Source: Cystobasidiomycetes sp. EMM_F5 (lineage: Eukaryota). From it: 64,000 bases of DNA. The position numbers and the translations under genes were made by a program. Below are positions 1-12,136 of this stretch, one piece after another; within the stretch, counting starts at the first letter, position 1; each line of letters begins with the position of its first letter. The stretch spans positions 62,001 through 126,000 of the forward strand of contig JBPGPT010000029.1 of the NCBI GenBank assembly GCA_051047955.1, in the 5' to 3' direction. A model generated the notes under the pieces. It did not search any database, was not told where the DNA came from, and saw only the letters and a program-made list of their open reading frames with translations.

Positions 1-2671
1 GAATCTTGTATTGTGGCTGGCATGACATTCAGTTTCAAAGTCAGCCAACTCTTCCCATCACCGTATCCTAAGCAGCCATACGTACATCCTCGAGCGAGGT
101 CGTGAGAATAATAAAGAAGATGTAGTAGTTTGCAATACCAAACCAGGCAAAGATGAGGTTGACGATATTGTACAACGTCTCAAAGTACAGGGCAATCTTG
201 CGGCCGACTGAATGTTCTGTCCGACGGAGCTGAAAGACGTGCGTAATGGCGTACACTGCAGCAAAGAATGATCCATTCAACCATCGGCGTCTGCAGCAAT
301 CACGTCAGCGAGGCATTGATCGTGTACAGGATAGGACATCTGTCATACCGCTGAGAAATGAATTCGGTGATGGACGTAGGGACATCCGTTTCTCCTACTG
401 CAGACTTGACAAACTTTAACACCCAGCTATCGCCTCGCTTCGCGACCAGCTCCCAACACAGGATACGATCCTCAGCAAGATACATACTGCAAGGTCAGGA
501 ATCAGCCTCTTCACGATACAATACAATCAAGGATGTGCACCTACTTGCTGGTAAAGATGTCTGCATCGTGCCCTGCTAGCGTTTCGCCCTTGAAGTAACT
601 TGCCAAAGGTCCTCTGCCCATATCGTCATTCTTGAGTGCAATATAACGATACGCGGAGAAGGCGCCGGGCAGAACAGAAATGTAGCCGAACACTACAAAG
701 GCAAAACAAACTTTGTCAGGAACGTATGGCGTGAAAAGTCCGAGTAGAACTCTACTCACAAGACTCGGTAGGCTTGTCCAATATATTTGACATCTGTCAT
801 TACTCTAATTTAGCCTTCTCCGGCCAGCCTAAATTGCCATAAACAATACGCACCTTGTATTCAAAATTTTGTGCTGCGACCATGGGAGAAAGCAGGCCAG
901 TCCAGAATTTACCCTTCATTGTGCATATCTCACCGCACTGCAACATATCATGCATAATTAGCAAATTTCGAGCTCTTACTATTCACGGTTACGTACCGCT
1001 CCACCGACGTTACTGTTTAAATCAAACTGTCAAGCACATTGTCAGACGCAGACAGGATACTCCACGAGGGCGAAAACTGCGTACCGTCTTCCATAGGTTG
1101 TACAAGCTCTTCGGGCCAGGTTTGGTGCCAACGTCAAGGAGGACGACAACATTCGGTTGCAGGAGTGGACAAAACGCGTTAAAGAGCCATCTATGGGAAT
1201 TGATCTTTTTCGCATCTATCCCATTCGACCGTTAGCTAAATCCAAGTCTGTCTGATGAGGACATATGTGACTCACTTCGTTCTTTCAAGCAAAAGACAAT
1301 TTGTGCAGGCACGATACCCTTTTCGAGTCCTTTAAACTTCATGTCTGGTGAAATGGAAAGCTGAGTCGTGTATTCATAGATGTGAGCGTGCACCGTCTTG
1401 TTGTCGACCTTGTTCTTTCCGACGTCCTTCTGGTAGACGCCCAATGCAGCCAGACTATGTTTAGCATGAGCGTCAGTCAATTGTGCATACGAGCGAGGAC
1501 GAGAAGCGGCACACCAATCAAGGACGCGCGGATGAACATTCTTTCGACCGTCTGCAATGATGCAGATGACAATCTTCTTCCACCCATCTTTGCCCCACAC
1601 TTTGCTCTTTTGCCTCGAGCAGAGGTGCGAGATGTTTTCTGAAAGGCATCGTCAGCAGCTGCAGAAGAACGTTGAATAATGCGCGACTGACTCAGTACGC
1701 CGTGCAGAGTGCGCGTAAGCAATATCTCATCTTCCTGTAATATGGCACACTCAGACGATTTCGTACTTGAAAAGCGCACAAACCCACGTTGTACATTGTG
1801 ACGCCGACGAGGAGCTCCGTCTCGCGATTGTACATGGCAGGGCGAAGAGTGTACTTGTTTTTGCCAAAGTCGTCAGGCTGTCGTGGTTACAGAGGATGTA
1901 TCAGAACAGGTAAATAGGCTAAAGCTGAATAGTAGTCACGTCGCAAGTCACGGCCGTGTACCGCATCCTATCGAATTCATCTTGTCCCTTTCTTGGGAGA
2001 AATGACGCCAGCCTGCTTGGGACTGGCGGATCGATGACAAGGTTACCTGATGTGAGTGCTATTCGCTTTCTCGTCCTGTTGCGTCGGATCTGCACCGTGG
2101 GCGCTGGTCCGAAATGCGGATTCTCTGCCTTTTCATCGAGCTCCTTCTCATGGACCGTCTTGTCGTCGTCCTCCTCCTCATCGTCCGACCTGCCCCGTCC
2201 GCCCTTGACAGTCTTCTTGCGTCTCCCGAATCGCTGGGGCGTGGGCTTTACTGCCGTCAATGGGGGCCGATAAAAGTCGTGATGGCGGTTCTCGCTGTTG
2301 TGATTGTGAGCAGCGCTGTGCCCGCCGTCCGTCGAGGCGTACGCTGCTGGACCATCAAACGACCGCTCGTACGTCTCGCCCTGCATCTCGAGCTCTGGGG
2401 TAGCGTACCTCGTCGCCGCTCCACGCTGGTACAGCTGGTCTTCCTGTTGGTCTGGATACGCTCCATAGGCATAGTCGAGGTGATGGACACGATTAGGGTC
2501 ATCCTCGTGGTACGACGGGACTTGCTGCGTCGTCCTGCTCGCTGGCGGTGGTGTTTGTAGATTCGCTGCTGCGAGATATGCAGTGTAAGCTCCCGGCGCA
2601 AAGATGTCGTCGTCGTCTCTGTCGAGCTCATCCAGCGTAGGCAGGTTGCCGTATATCCCTGGCATGGTCAT
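1..2671 (-). CDS. Chitin synthase (GT2, division 1), multi-exon, 3' end runs off the window start
   Basis: Exons give [62 protein letters not shown] and QRRRWLNGS motifs. Confidence 0.95.
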
Positions 2672-2711
2672 GGTTTGATATCCTGTTGGCAGAGTTGCAA
2701 GTTGTTTGAAG

Positions 2712-2746
2712 GCGCGTCAAAGTATTTGTTGTTTACAAGTCACGTG
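2712..2746. promoter_or_regulatory. Candidate cell-cycle motif cluster upstream of chitin synthase (CGCGTCA, forkhead TGTTTAC, CACGTG)
   Basis: Three short motifs within 35 nt, 40-75 nt upstream of the ATG at 2671. Confidence 0.3.
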
Positions 2747-2957
2747 GGAAGACTTTGATAAGTTACAAAGACAAGACATACGACTAGCAATACACACTCT
2801 GCACTCACACACTCCCTAATCAGGTGAGAAGACTAGGCCTCCCTTTTTGGCCGCTCGAAAGCGTTGACCTTCCACAATAATCTCCACGTCACACGACATC
2901 CGCCTCATAGCATCCCGCAACATCGTTCTCCCCTCCACAGCCATACTTGTATGTGAT

Positions 2958-5820
2958 CTAGTTGGCCGGAGTCCGGAGAGAAGGATGCACAATCTGCTCA
3001 TGCAGAGCCTTGCCAGCAGCGACCATCGGATATCTGCAGAGAATATGACACTAAGCCACACAACACATCGCATGCTCGTCCAACAAACACTCACACATGC
3101 TCCTTGCGGCCGACGCGGCAGTGAAAGACGATGGGCTTGTCATTGTCAAACTCCATAAACTCCTTCATCTTGGCAGGCAGATCGGCAGAGTCATCGCAGT
3201 AGATGGCTTTGACGCGCATGGCCTCGGCGAGCTTGACAAAGTCTGGTAGAGTGCAGCATGAGTCAAGACGCAATCAATGGACAGTAGGTTCTATGCTCAC
3301 CTGGGTTCGTCATGACAGTGTGCGAGTAACGTTCTTCATAGAAGAGGTCTATAGCGAAGGTGCGTCAGTATGCACGACTCCATGAACGCATACCCACCGG
3401 AAGCCATAACCTACCCTGCCATTGCGTGACCATCCTACGGAAACAAGCGAAAGATTACTCAAAAGGTGAACTGGTCAACGCGAGCTCAGCTTACCCTTGC
3501 TGTTCATTATCCAAGAGAAGAATCTTGACGCCCACGCTGTACTGACTAGCTGTAGCCATCTCCATGAACTATGTGCACAAGTCATTAGTCTCAATCACAC
3601 TCGACGGAAACGAAGCACACTACTCACAGTCATGCTTGCAGACGCATCGCCGTCTACATCCACTACGATCGACTCGGGTGATGCGACTTTGGCGCCAACG
3701 GCCGCTGGGATACCGTAACCCATCGTACCGAGACCGCCCGACGAGATCCAGCTTCTTGGTTTTTGCCACCTATAAAATTGCGCAGCGTACACTGTGTAAG
3801 AATGTCCTTGTCAGCACTTGCGAAGCGCATCTCTAGTGCAAATTCGGGCTCACTCTGATGTTGTCCGACACCGGTAGCGATGATGAGCTTGTCCTTGGCA
3901 TTGTTCGCATCCGCCCAGTCGTTCATTGCAACGATGACTTCTTGCGGTTTTGGCGGTTCACCAGGCACGCTCTTGTCGTACACGAACGGGAACCGCTTCT
4001 TCCACGAATCAATCTTGTCAAACCACGCCTTCCGCTCGACGACGGGCTTGTCAGGGAGGAGTGGCAAGAGATGTGCAATATTGTGCGCTACATCACCCTC
4101 TATCGCAATCTGCGCTTCTACCACTTTATTGATATTCTTTGGAGAAATCTCGAAATGGATGATGCCACCCCGTCCTTCGAGGGCCGCTCTCCTCGCTTCC
4201 GGTGCAAACATGTCAATCTTGCCAGTTACGCGATCATCGAATCGAGCACCGAGGGCGATAATGACATCTGCATCCTGCATGGCCAGATTTGCGTATGCTG
4301 ATCCATGCATACCGAGCATGTGGAGCGATCTCGGTGACATCTCGTCAAAGACACCTAGACCCTGTAGAGTCGTCGTTACTGGTATATTGCCCTTTTCCGA
4401 TAGCTGAGCGAGTAGTTCTGGACCTTGCTCGCCGTTGAGGAGACCGGCGCCAGCATAAATGACAGGTCTCTTGGCGTTCGAGATCAGAGTCGCGGCACGG
4501 GCCATGAGTGTCGCATCGGGTTCGGGGAAACTCTGTGGTTCTGCTGCTGATGCAGGAGCAGAGCTGACGGCCGAAGGTGGTCTTCTGACTCCAATAGTAC
4601 GAAGGTGCTCCTCTACGCGACCAGGGTGGGTAAACCGGGCTGGGATAGCTTGTTTGAGGATACCAGCGGTGATATCCTTCGGTAGATCCACAAGGACAGG
4701 ACCGGGTCGACCAGATGTCGCAATCTTGAATGCTTCGTTGATACGGCGCGGGAGTTCAGCAATGTCCTTGACCATGCAGTTCCACTTTGTACACGCTCGG
4801 GAGATACCAACGACATCGGCTTCTTGGAACGCATCGGAACCAATAGCGGATGTCGCTACCTGTCCACAGAAGACGACGAGGGGAGTGCCGTCGCTTAGAG
4901 CGTCTTGGAGAGGGGTGATGACGTTGGTCGCTCCCGGACCCGAAGTAACGAGAACTACACCTGGCTTGCCAGACACTCGAGCGTATCCTTCAGCCATGTG
5001 ACCTGCCCCCTGTTCGTGACGGGGCAGGAGAAAGTTGAAGTGCTTGCTCGAGTGAATAGCGTCAAACACTGGCAGAATGCTGTGCAGTCACCACCATAAC
5101 CTCAGCACACTTCCGTGCTGTATGCATCACCAGCGGCTACTCACGCTCCACCCGGGTATCCGAATACCGTATCGACATTGTGTCTCCTCATCATCTCGTG
5201 AAAGATCTGACCGCCCGACATGCCTACAAACGAATAGTCCATTTCTTCCTGTGGCGGCGCATGTCTGCTGGATGGGAGGTGTACTGCAGGCGGGGGAGCT
5301 TGGAATCCGGAAGCGGGTATAGGTCGGCTGTGTGTATGAGCGAGGTAATCGTGCAGGATATGGCGTTGAATGGGGTGTATTTAGTGGCCGTTTCAGAAAG
5401 TTTGCATGTCGGACGAATTGACGGGCGGGCCATTCGAGCGACGTGGAAGCGGCAGAGTGTGAGCAAGTGAATGTATGCAACCTTCAGTCCATGGCACTAC
5501 CCATCCAAACATCATCCAACCAACCTCTCCACCTGCGCCCTCGCCGTCTGCGACTGAGCCAGACCTCGCTGCTGCTGCTGTTGCTGCTTGAATGTCTCTC
5601 GCTCGCTCTGGATAGCCCGTATACGCCGCTTGACGTCTGCTGCGTTGATGGCAGCGGCAGGAGCCTGCGCTGCTCTTGACGGAGAGTAGTGTCTCCGTTG
5701 GATCTTTGAGAGTACGAGTCGGGCTGGCATGGTGGACGATGAGGCTGCATTTGTGGACGCAGAGGCAGCTGCTGCAGTTCTGAGTGCTCCAGCTGCAGTC
5801 ATCATGGTGCTGGCAGTCAT
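2958..5820 (-). CDS. ILV2: Acetolactate synthase large subunit, mitochondrial, multi-exon
   Basis: [74 protein letters not shown]; last exon [13 protein letters not shown]... with stop at 2958; Ala/Arg-rich presequence. Confidence 0.95.
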
Positions 5821-5954
5821 GTTTACTTGGTTAAAAGCAGAGTTGGTTTCTTTCAATTCTCAAATCTAGTCATGAAAGATGTAGCCGGAGTGACCGGGCA
5901 GTCGGAATTATCGGGCAGCTTTGATTATCATTCAATGACACAGTGACTGCTCTA

Positions 5955-7206
5955 TCATTCATACCGCGCTGATATACACCAATTCCCCTGCTCCCACTCC
6001 TCAGACTCTGCAATGCACAGATTACCGCCACTGCCAAGGTCCCGCACTTCATCCCTCGCTTCCTTGACGAGCTGCAGCAGCTCTCCCTCCTGGAAGAGAT
6101 GGTAGTACCGCTGAAATACCTGGTCGGGGTTGTCTCCCGTCTCGTCTTTCTCATGTGTCTGCAGTTTCCACGGCACAAACACATCCTGCGACGAGTTGTC
6201 GGAAGAGGTGGAGACATCCGGTAAGGCAGAGGCAAGAGTAGCCAGTTCGAGCTTGTCCATCTGGCGAGTCTTTTTGATGGCAACTTTTGGCGGTGTAGAA
6301 TCACCCTGCGAAGCCGGTCTATCCTGCTCCTTCGCCCACACCTGTATGAACAATCGACCATGTCTGCGATTGAGAGCTCGAAGCATGCTCTGTCGACATG
6401 CTAGTCAGCAAATAGACAACATTGACGAGAGCATGCACACACCTTCACTGCCTCTCTCCGTCGCGACGGGGTAGCGAAATGATGGATTGTAGCGATACTG
6501 ATGGCAAAGTCCTGCAGATAAAGGTCAGATGTGTGGACCCGTCCGACATCGTACTCTGAAACCTCACAAATGCGCCCTCGCGCCATGGCATATTTATAGC
6601 ATCGCCAATGCACACCTCGTGCTGTCGAGAATGTGCTATCTGTACGAGTCCAGATGATCTGGTTGTATGATGGCAATTAGTATAAGCGAAGGCTTTCAAC
6701 AAATGCATAGACGAGCCCAAACTAACCTGTCTAGGCCTAATGTCACGATATTGTTGCTACCATCGGATTGAACATTATTTGATCGTGACGTCTGATCCCT
6801 TGAACTTTTCCGCTTTCCTGTACCGTGCACGTCTTTTGTGCTGGATGTATCGCTCTTTATGATTGTGCTTCTCAAGCCTAGGTATTTGCCGTTTCCGCAG
6901 CCAGCGTCCAGTCCGACACTTCCAGGAGGTATGGCGTCAAAGAAGGCAGATATGCCCGGCCACGGCTGTTCAATTGGAGATGTCAAAACAGATGGATAGA
7001 AGAATTAGAAATGACTGCCGTGCGTCAGTACTCTGACAATCAGCAGTTCCTTCGAATCCAGTTCTTTTCAGAAAAGCGAAGCCGACCTTGTATCGCGTCC
7101 GGGAAAAGTGCTGTGCAATGTTTTCGTATACCGAGTGCACATACTGCTCCTCGTCTGCTCTGGCAGCTGCGTCTCGTTCAGTCTCGTTGCGATATTGTTG
7201 GCTCAT
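5955..7206 (-). CDS. TRM9: tRNA wobble-uridine methyltransferase (Trm9/ALKBH8 type), multi-exon
   Basis: EEQYVHSVYENIAQHFSRTRYK, LDAGCGNGKY, SIATIHHFAT, DVFVPW, RYYHLFQEGEL, WEQGNW. Confidence 0.9.
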
Positions 7207-7286
7207 GACGGCATGATTTAAAGAGCAGTCCTCGAATTGCAAACAGCTTGTTCTTCTTCCAATATTCCTCTGTTGCTCTTCTCTAC

Positions 7287-7968
7287 ATGCGCACCGTCCT
7301 ACCATTCCGAAGCCTTGCGTCCATCTCTCGAGCAGTACAGCTGACCCCGTCAAGATTGGCTTCCATGAAAGCAAGGCAGCCCGCTCAGCCGGGACCTATA
7401 GAGTCGGCTATCCGTCAAAAGGTGAGTACGCGGGACGAATACTTCTGACGTTGGCGGCGAGCTGATTGATGTATTCTAACGATCGCTGATGTCCTGTACG
7501 GGTGTGCCACAGCTCTCTGACAGCCTCAAACCAACTTTACTGGACGTATCAAACGATTCACATCTGCATGCGTGCGTGCAGTCGTATATACTGCGTTTAC
7601 AGGAGAATCGCGTGCTGATGTACGTTAAGACAGAGGACACTCTGCGATGCGAGCCCTGAATGGCGGAGGTGGAGAGACGCACTTTACAGTCTCGATAGTA
7701 AGCCCCGAGTTTGAAGGCAAGGTAAGCTGTGGACACAACGTGCTCGAGGCGGAGATACTCAAACTGATCATGTGTGCATCAGCGTCAAATACAACGGCAT
7801 CGTCTGGTGAACGGTCTACTACAAGAAGAATTCAATAGCGGATTACATGCTTTGCAGATAAGAGCCAAAACACCGTCAGAAGCAGGCGAAGCGGACCAGT
7901 CCAATGAGGCGGACGCAGTCACCGCTCCGCCTGCTTCAGGTGACGCCAAGCTGCCTGCAGGGCCATAG
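7287..7968 (+). CDS. BolA-family protein, probably mitochondrial, multi-exon
   Basis: GPIESAIRQK, LDVSNDSHLH, GETHFTVSIVSPEFEGK, QRHRLVNGLL, GLHALQIRAKTP. Confidence 0.9.
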
Positions 7969-8041
7969 TTGCGGTGCTTTCTCCTTTGACAGTGTAGCAT
8001 TTCTGTACCATCCATGTTGTCAACGTATCCATCATGCCAAT

Positions 8042-8713
8042 ATGGGCAGTAGAGTCAATGAAGCTTCCTCGAATGATATCATTGAAGACAAAGTAGTCGC
8101 ACAAGTTCCCATCGCTTGGCCGCAAGGACTTGACTACATCTACGAGCCATCATACTCAAGCAGCATCACAGCCGACCTCCGGACAAAATTGCAACTCGTG
8201 ACAGACGACCCCGCATGGCCCAAGATTTCTCATTCCCAACACATAACTTCCTCTTCCCGTGTCCGCATTACTCCGCTCGCCGATACTACTCACCCAGCAT
8301 GCGGACAATGCGGTCTGTTTGCGGCGCGTCATCTACCAGCCGGATCTTTTATACTACCCTACTTGGGCCTCTTTCACACCGAAGTAGACGCAGATCCAAC
8401 ATCAGACTATGATCTCAGCTTGGATCGTTCACTCGGCGTCAGCATCGATGCAACTGCATGCGGCAACGAAGCGCGTTTCATAAACGACTACCGTGGTGTA
8501 CCCATTCCCGTTGGCCATTTGAAAGGCGCAAATGCAGAATTCAAAGACATCGCTTTACAATTACCAGACGGGACGTTCCATAAATGTATTGGCGTGTTTG
8601 TGTTGCCCGCAGGCAAAAGTGGACGCAGGACAGCCGGGATACAAATGGGTACCGAAATACTCGTCAGCTACGGCAAAGGCTTTTGGGATAGCAGAAACAA
8701 AGAGAATATGTAG
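8042..8713 (+). CDS. Small SET-domain protein, single exon
   Basis: GQCGLFAAR, IDATACGNEARFINDYRG, EILVSYGKGFW. Confidence 0.88.
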   Translation: MGSRVNEASSNDIIEDKVVAQVPIAWPQGLDYIYEPSYSSSITADLRTKLQLVTDDPAWPKISHSQHITSSSRVRITPLADTTHPACGQCGLFAARHLPAGSFILPYLGLFHTEVDADPTSDYDLSLDRSLGVSIDATACGNEARFINDYRGVPIPVGHLKGANAEFKDIALQLPDGTFHKCIGVFVLPAGKSGRRTAGIQMGTEILVSYGKGFWDSRNKENM

Positions 8714-9245
8714 ACGTGCACTGATATGCAAGGCACATAGCATTATACCTGGACGAAAAAATACAGAAGCCCGCACAGAACAAAGCACTCTCTATGCGGT
8801 ACATCTGACGCGATGGTGAGGCAGTGATCTACAACTAAGCTAGATATATGGCCCAAGATGCCCTGTGACCTATCGGAGCTTTGACAAGCACTGTACGCGT
8901 GAAGAGGAAACTTATGACGACTGAATCTCCAACGGCAGTCTGGCCGTAATTCTGAGTCGGGAGCGAAAGCCGTGTGATAACCTCATGCTGGTGTTTATAA
9001 TTATAACGTACTAGCGCTATCTAATCACTTATAAACCTGTGCCTCAGTAGCTTCGTAGATTCACGTGTAAATATGTCGCCACACGGTGACATCGTCCCGG
9101 CACAGTCAAAAAGTTCGGGGAAGGCAATACAAACAGTGCATCCTTTACTGCTTTACTTCTGTCCAGCGTTTCCCTCCACTAACACAATTTTCTGCTTTGC
9201 TTTCTATTTCTCGATTCCCCACTGACAAAATACCCTCGTCCAAAG

Positions 9246-11866
9246 ATGCGCTTCATTCAAGCGCTTGTCGGACTAGTCCTTACAGGCCTGGTTGTTGATA
9301 CATCGGCTGCATCGTCCCAAAAGCACATCAAGCGACGCCCGCCATTCAGTCGTCAACCGAGGGCACCAGCAGGATATACCCCGCCGGAGCATCTGCACAA
9401 TCATGCGAAGCGACAATTCCCTCCTCCTGTCAACGGGTATGATCTTTCGATTCAGTATAAATACTCTGTCTGACTCATAAGCAACCTAGAACTACGAACG
9501 CCACATCTCCGAATGGGTACTCAATCACCTACAAAGAAACAACATCTTCCGGCATTTGCGAAAATACTCCAGGTGTCAGGTCATTCTCTGGGTATATCAA
9601 TACTGGTGATAACAGGCATACATTCTTCTGGTGTAAGTTTTGCCATTGTAATTGCGGAATCTGCTGAATCCATCGTCCTCGCACAAAAGTCTTCGAAGCT
9701 CGTAACAACAAATCAACGGCAGGTTTGACTGCATGGATTAACGGGGGCCCGGGTTCGAGTTCCATGATTGGTCTCTTCCAGGAAAATGTAGTGAAATCTG
9801 ATTCGCTGCCGCCTGACGTTTGGGGTTTGAAAGACTGACATCTTGTTTATAGGGTCCATGCCGTCTGACACCTAATCTGACTGTGTTGAGGAATGATTAC
9901 TCATGGAATGAATATTCGCACATGCTTTACATAGATCAGCCAGTTGGGACTGGCTTCTCGTATCAGTCTGCTCAACCGGGAGTCTTAGATGAAGTGACGG
10001 GCGTGTTCGTACCGACGAATACTAGCTCGGCCGATGGCATTTACCCAGCGATAAACGCTACGGCGCTCGATGACACGGACTTGGCCGCAGTGGTCTTCTG
10101 GGAAGTCGTACAGACCTTCATATCAGTCTTGCCGAGCATCGATTCCAACGTTACCACAAAAACCTTCAATCTTGCTACTGAGAGTTATGGCGGTAGGTGC
10201 CGCCCTTCTCCTCATAACGATATAATAGCTAATTTACTCTTCGATTTAAGGACATTATGGTGCGTCAGCATATTCGCAGATTAAAAGGTTTGTTGACTCC
10301 GGCAACAGGCCCTGCTTTCTTCAATTATTCGCAAGTCATGAACAACGCCATAAGTTCAGGATCGATGAATGCCACTAAACTCACAATGGGATCACTCTTG
10401 ATCATAAATGGGATTCTGGACGAGGCCGTGCAAGCGCCGTTCTTCCCTATCATGGCCTCCCAGAACACATACGGGATCAAAGCCGTGAATGACACTGTCT
10501 ACAATTATATGGTCTTCGCCAATTCTATGCTGAATGGCTGCCAAGATCAAGTCGCACAGTGCCGTGAAGTTGACATTAGCACAGCAGCGGGTCAAGCCAT
10601 CTGCTCCGAAGCGACATGTCAGTTTGCCAAATTCCGAAATCGACGCCCAAATTGCTGATTATGCTTCAACGTGTTTCTGTCCTGCAGCGATGTGTCGGTA
10701 AGCACTTGTAGCATTCTTACGACTCGCGGCTGACGCTCTTCTAGGGACAATGTGGAAGGACCATACTATGGTAAATTTTCGGATGGCAGATTTCTGCAGC
10801 AGCTGACCATACTCACAGCTTACAGTGGTCGGGGCGTCTATGATATCAGAGAGCCGTATGGTAATCCCGAGGTGGGCCTCCCTGTCCATGTTTTATGCCT
10901 TCAAAGATTAAAAGGCTTTCCAGCTGGTCGATTCTTTTATACCCTACTTGAACTTGCCTAGAGTTCAAGCAGCACTCGGCGTACCCGTCAACTACAGTGA
11001 ATCAAATGCGGATATCTATTATGCGTTCCAGCAAACAGGAGACTTCGTCTATAGCACTTTCTTGCCGGATCTGGCGCGGATCGTAAACTCTGGCGTCCGT
11101 GTTTCCCTCATGTACGGAGGTGAGTGAGAACCAGGCTACAGACTCGTACTGCTGCTGACGAGAGGACCTTGAATTAGACGCAGGTGAAATAGCGTATTGC
11201 ATCTAGATCATCGAATAACAGAGCTGACGTTACAATCCCCGAAAGATTACATTTGCAACTGGTGAGAGGGAGATAGAGCAAAAGATCCCCTGGATAGTAT
11301 GCTGATCATGGGTGTTGCAACCAGGTTCGGGGGCCAAGCTGTCTCATTGGCCGTGAACTACACAAACGCGGCACAATTCAAGGCAGCGGGCTATGCCCCT
11401 ATGGTAGTCAACGGCACCCAATACGGCGAGACTCGACAATATGGCAACTTCTGTCAGTATAAATGTATTCAGCATGTGGCGATTCTGACGTGTCCCCGCA
11501 ATTTCGAAAATTTAGCTTTCACTCGCGTCTACAATGCAGGACATGAGGTGCCTAACATAGTCATAGACTTGGTCTTTGGTGGTCGCAGGCTGATTTTGGG
11601 ATTTCTTGAAACTCCAGATTCCATTCTATCAACCCATTGCTGCCCTGGCCGGATTCCGAAGAACAATTCAAGGACTGTCTATGATCGACGGTGGTGTACT
11701 CAATGCGACTAGTGCTTCAAGCGGTCCGTCAACCGCTACCCACACGGCCAGCTCGGTCTTCTTCGGAACGTCAACCTCGAGCGTTGCTAGCATGTCCTCC
11801 AGTAGTGCCAGTGTCGCTCCAACTGGGACCACTATTCCACGACGTCGACTTGCAGGCATGTGGTAA
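9246..11866 (+). CDS. Secreted serine carboxypeptidase (peptidase S10) with Ser/Thr-rich tail, many exons
   Basis: Signal peptide, [34 protein letters not shown] (Ser), GDADYICNW (Asp), YNAGHE (His). Confidence 0.93.
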
Positions 11867-12136
11867 TCAATAATCTCAATAATCTTAACGGAAAACAAGA
11901 AGAATCGAGACTTAGCAAAATGACATGCAGATATGTCGCGTAATTAGCAAAGAACAAGTATATAGTTTCGTTCAAACATCTGAATGACAAGACGCTCATT
12001 GTAGCAACAAAGCGTTGAGACAGTAGTGCAACACCGAACTGCGGAAGACTAAACACTGAAGCACCTTTGGCGTATGTGATTTTGCCCATAGGACGCAGCT
12101 GCCGTATATATGTCTGACGACATCGCTTCTCCCAAG

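Noticed and set aside
3858..5001. Plus-strand ORFs of 147-180 aa
   Set aside because: Antisense to the well-supported ILV2 exon, with no recognisable motifs
9740..9765. GGTTCGAGTTCC resembling a tRNA T-loop/B-box
   Set aside because: It encodes the NGGPGSSSM motif of the carboxypeptidase, and no cloverleaf surrounds it
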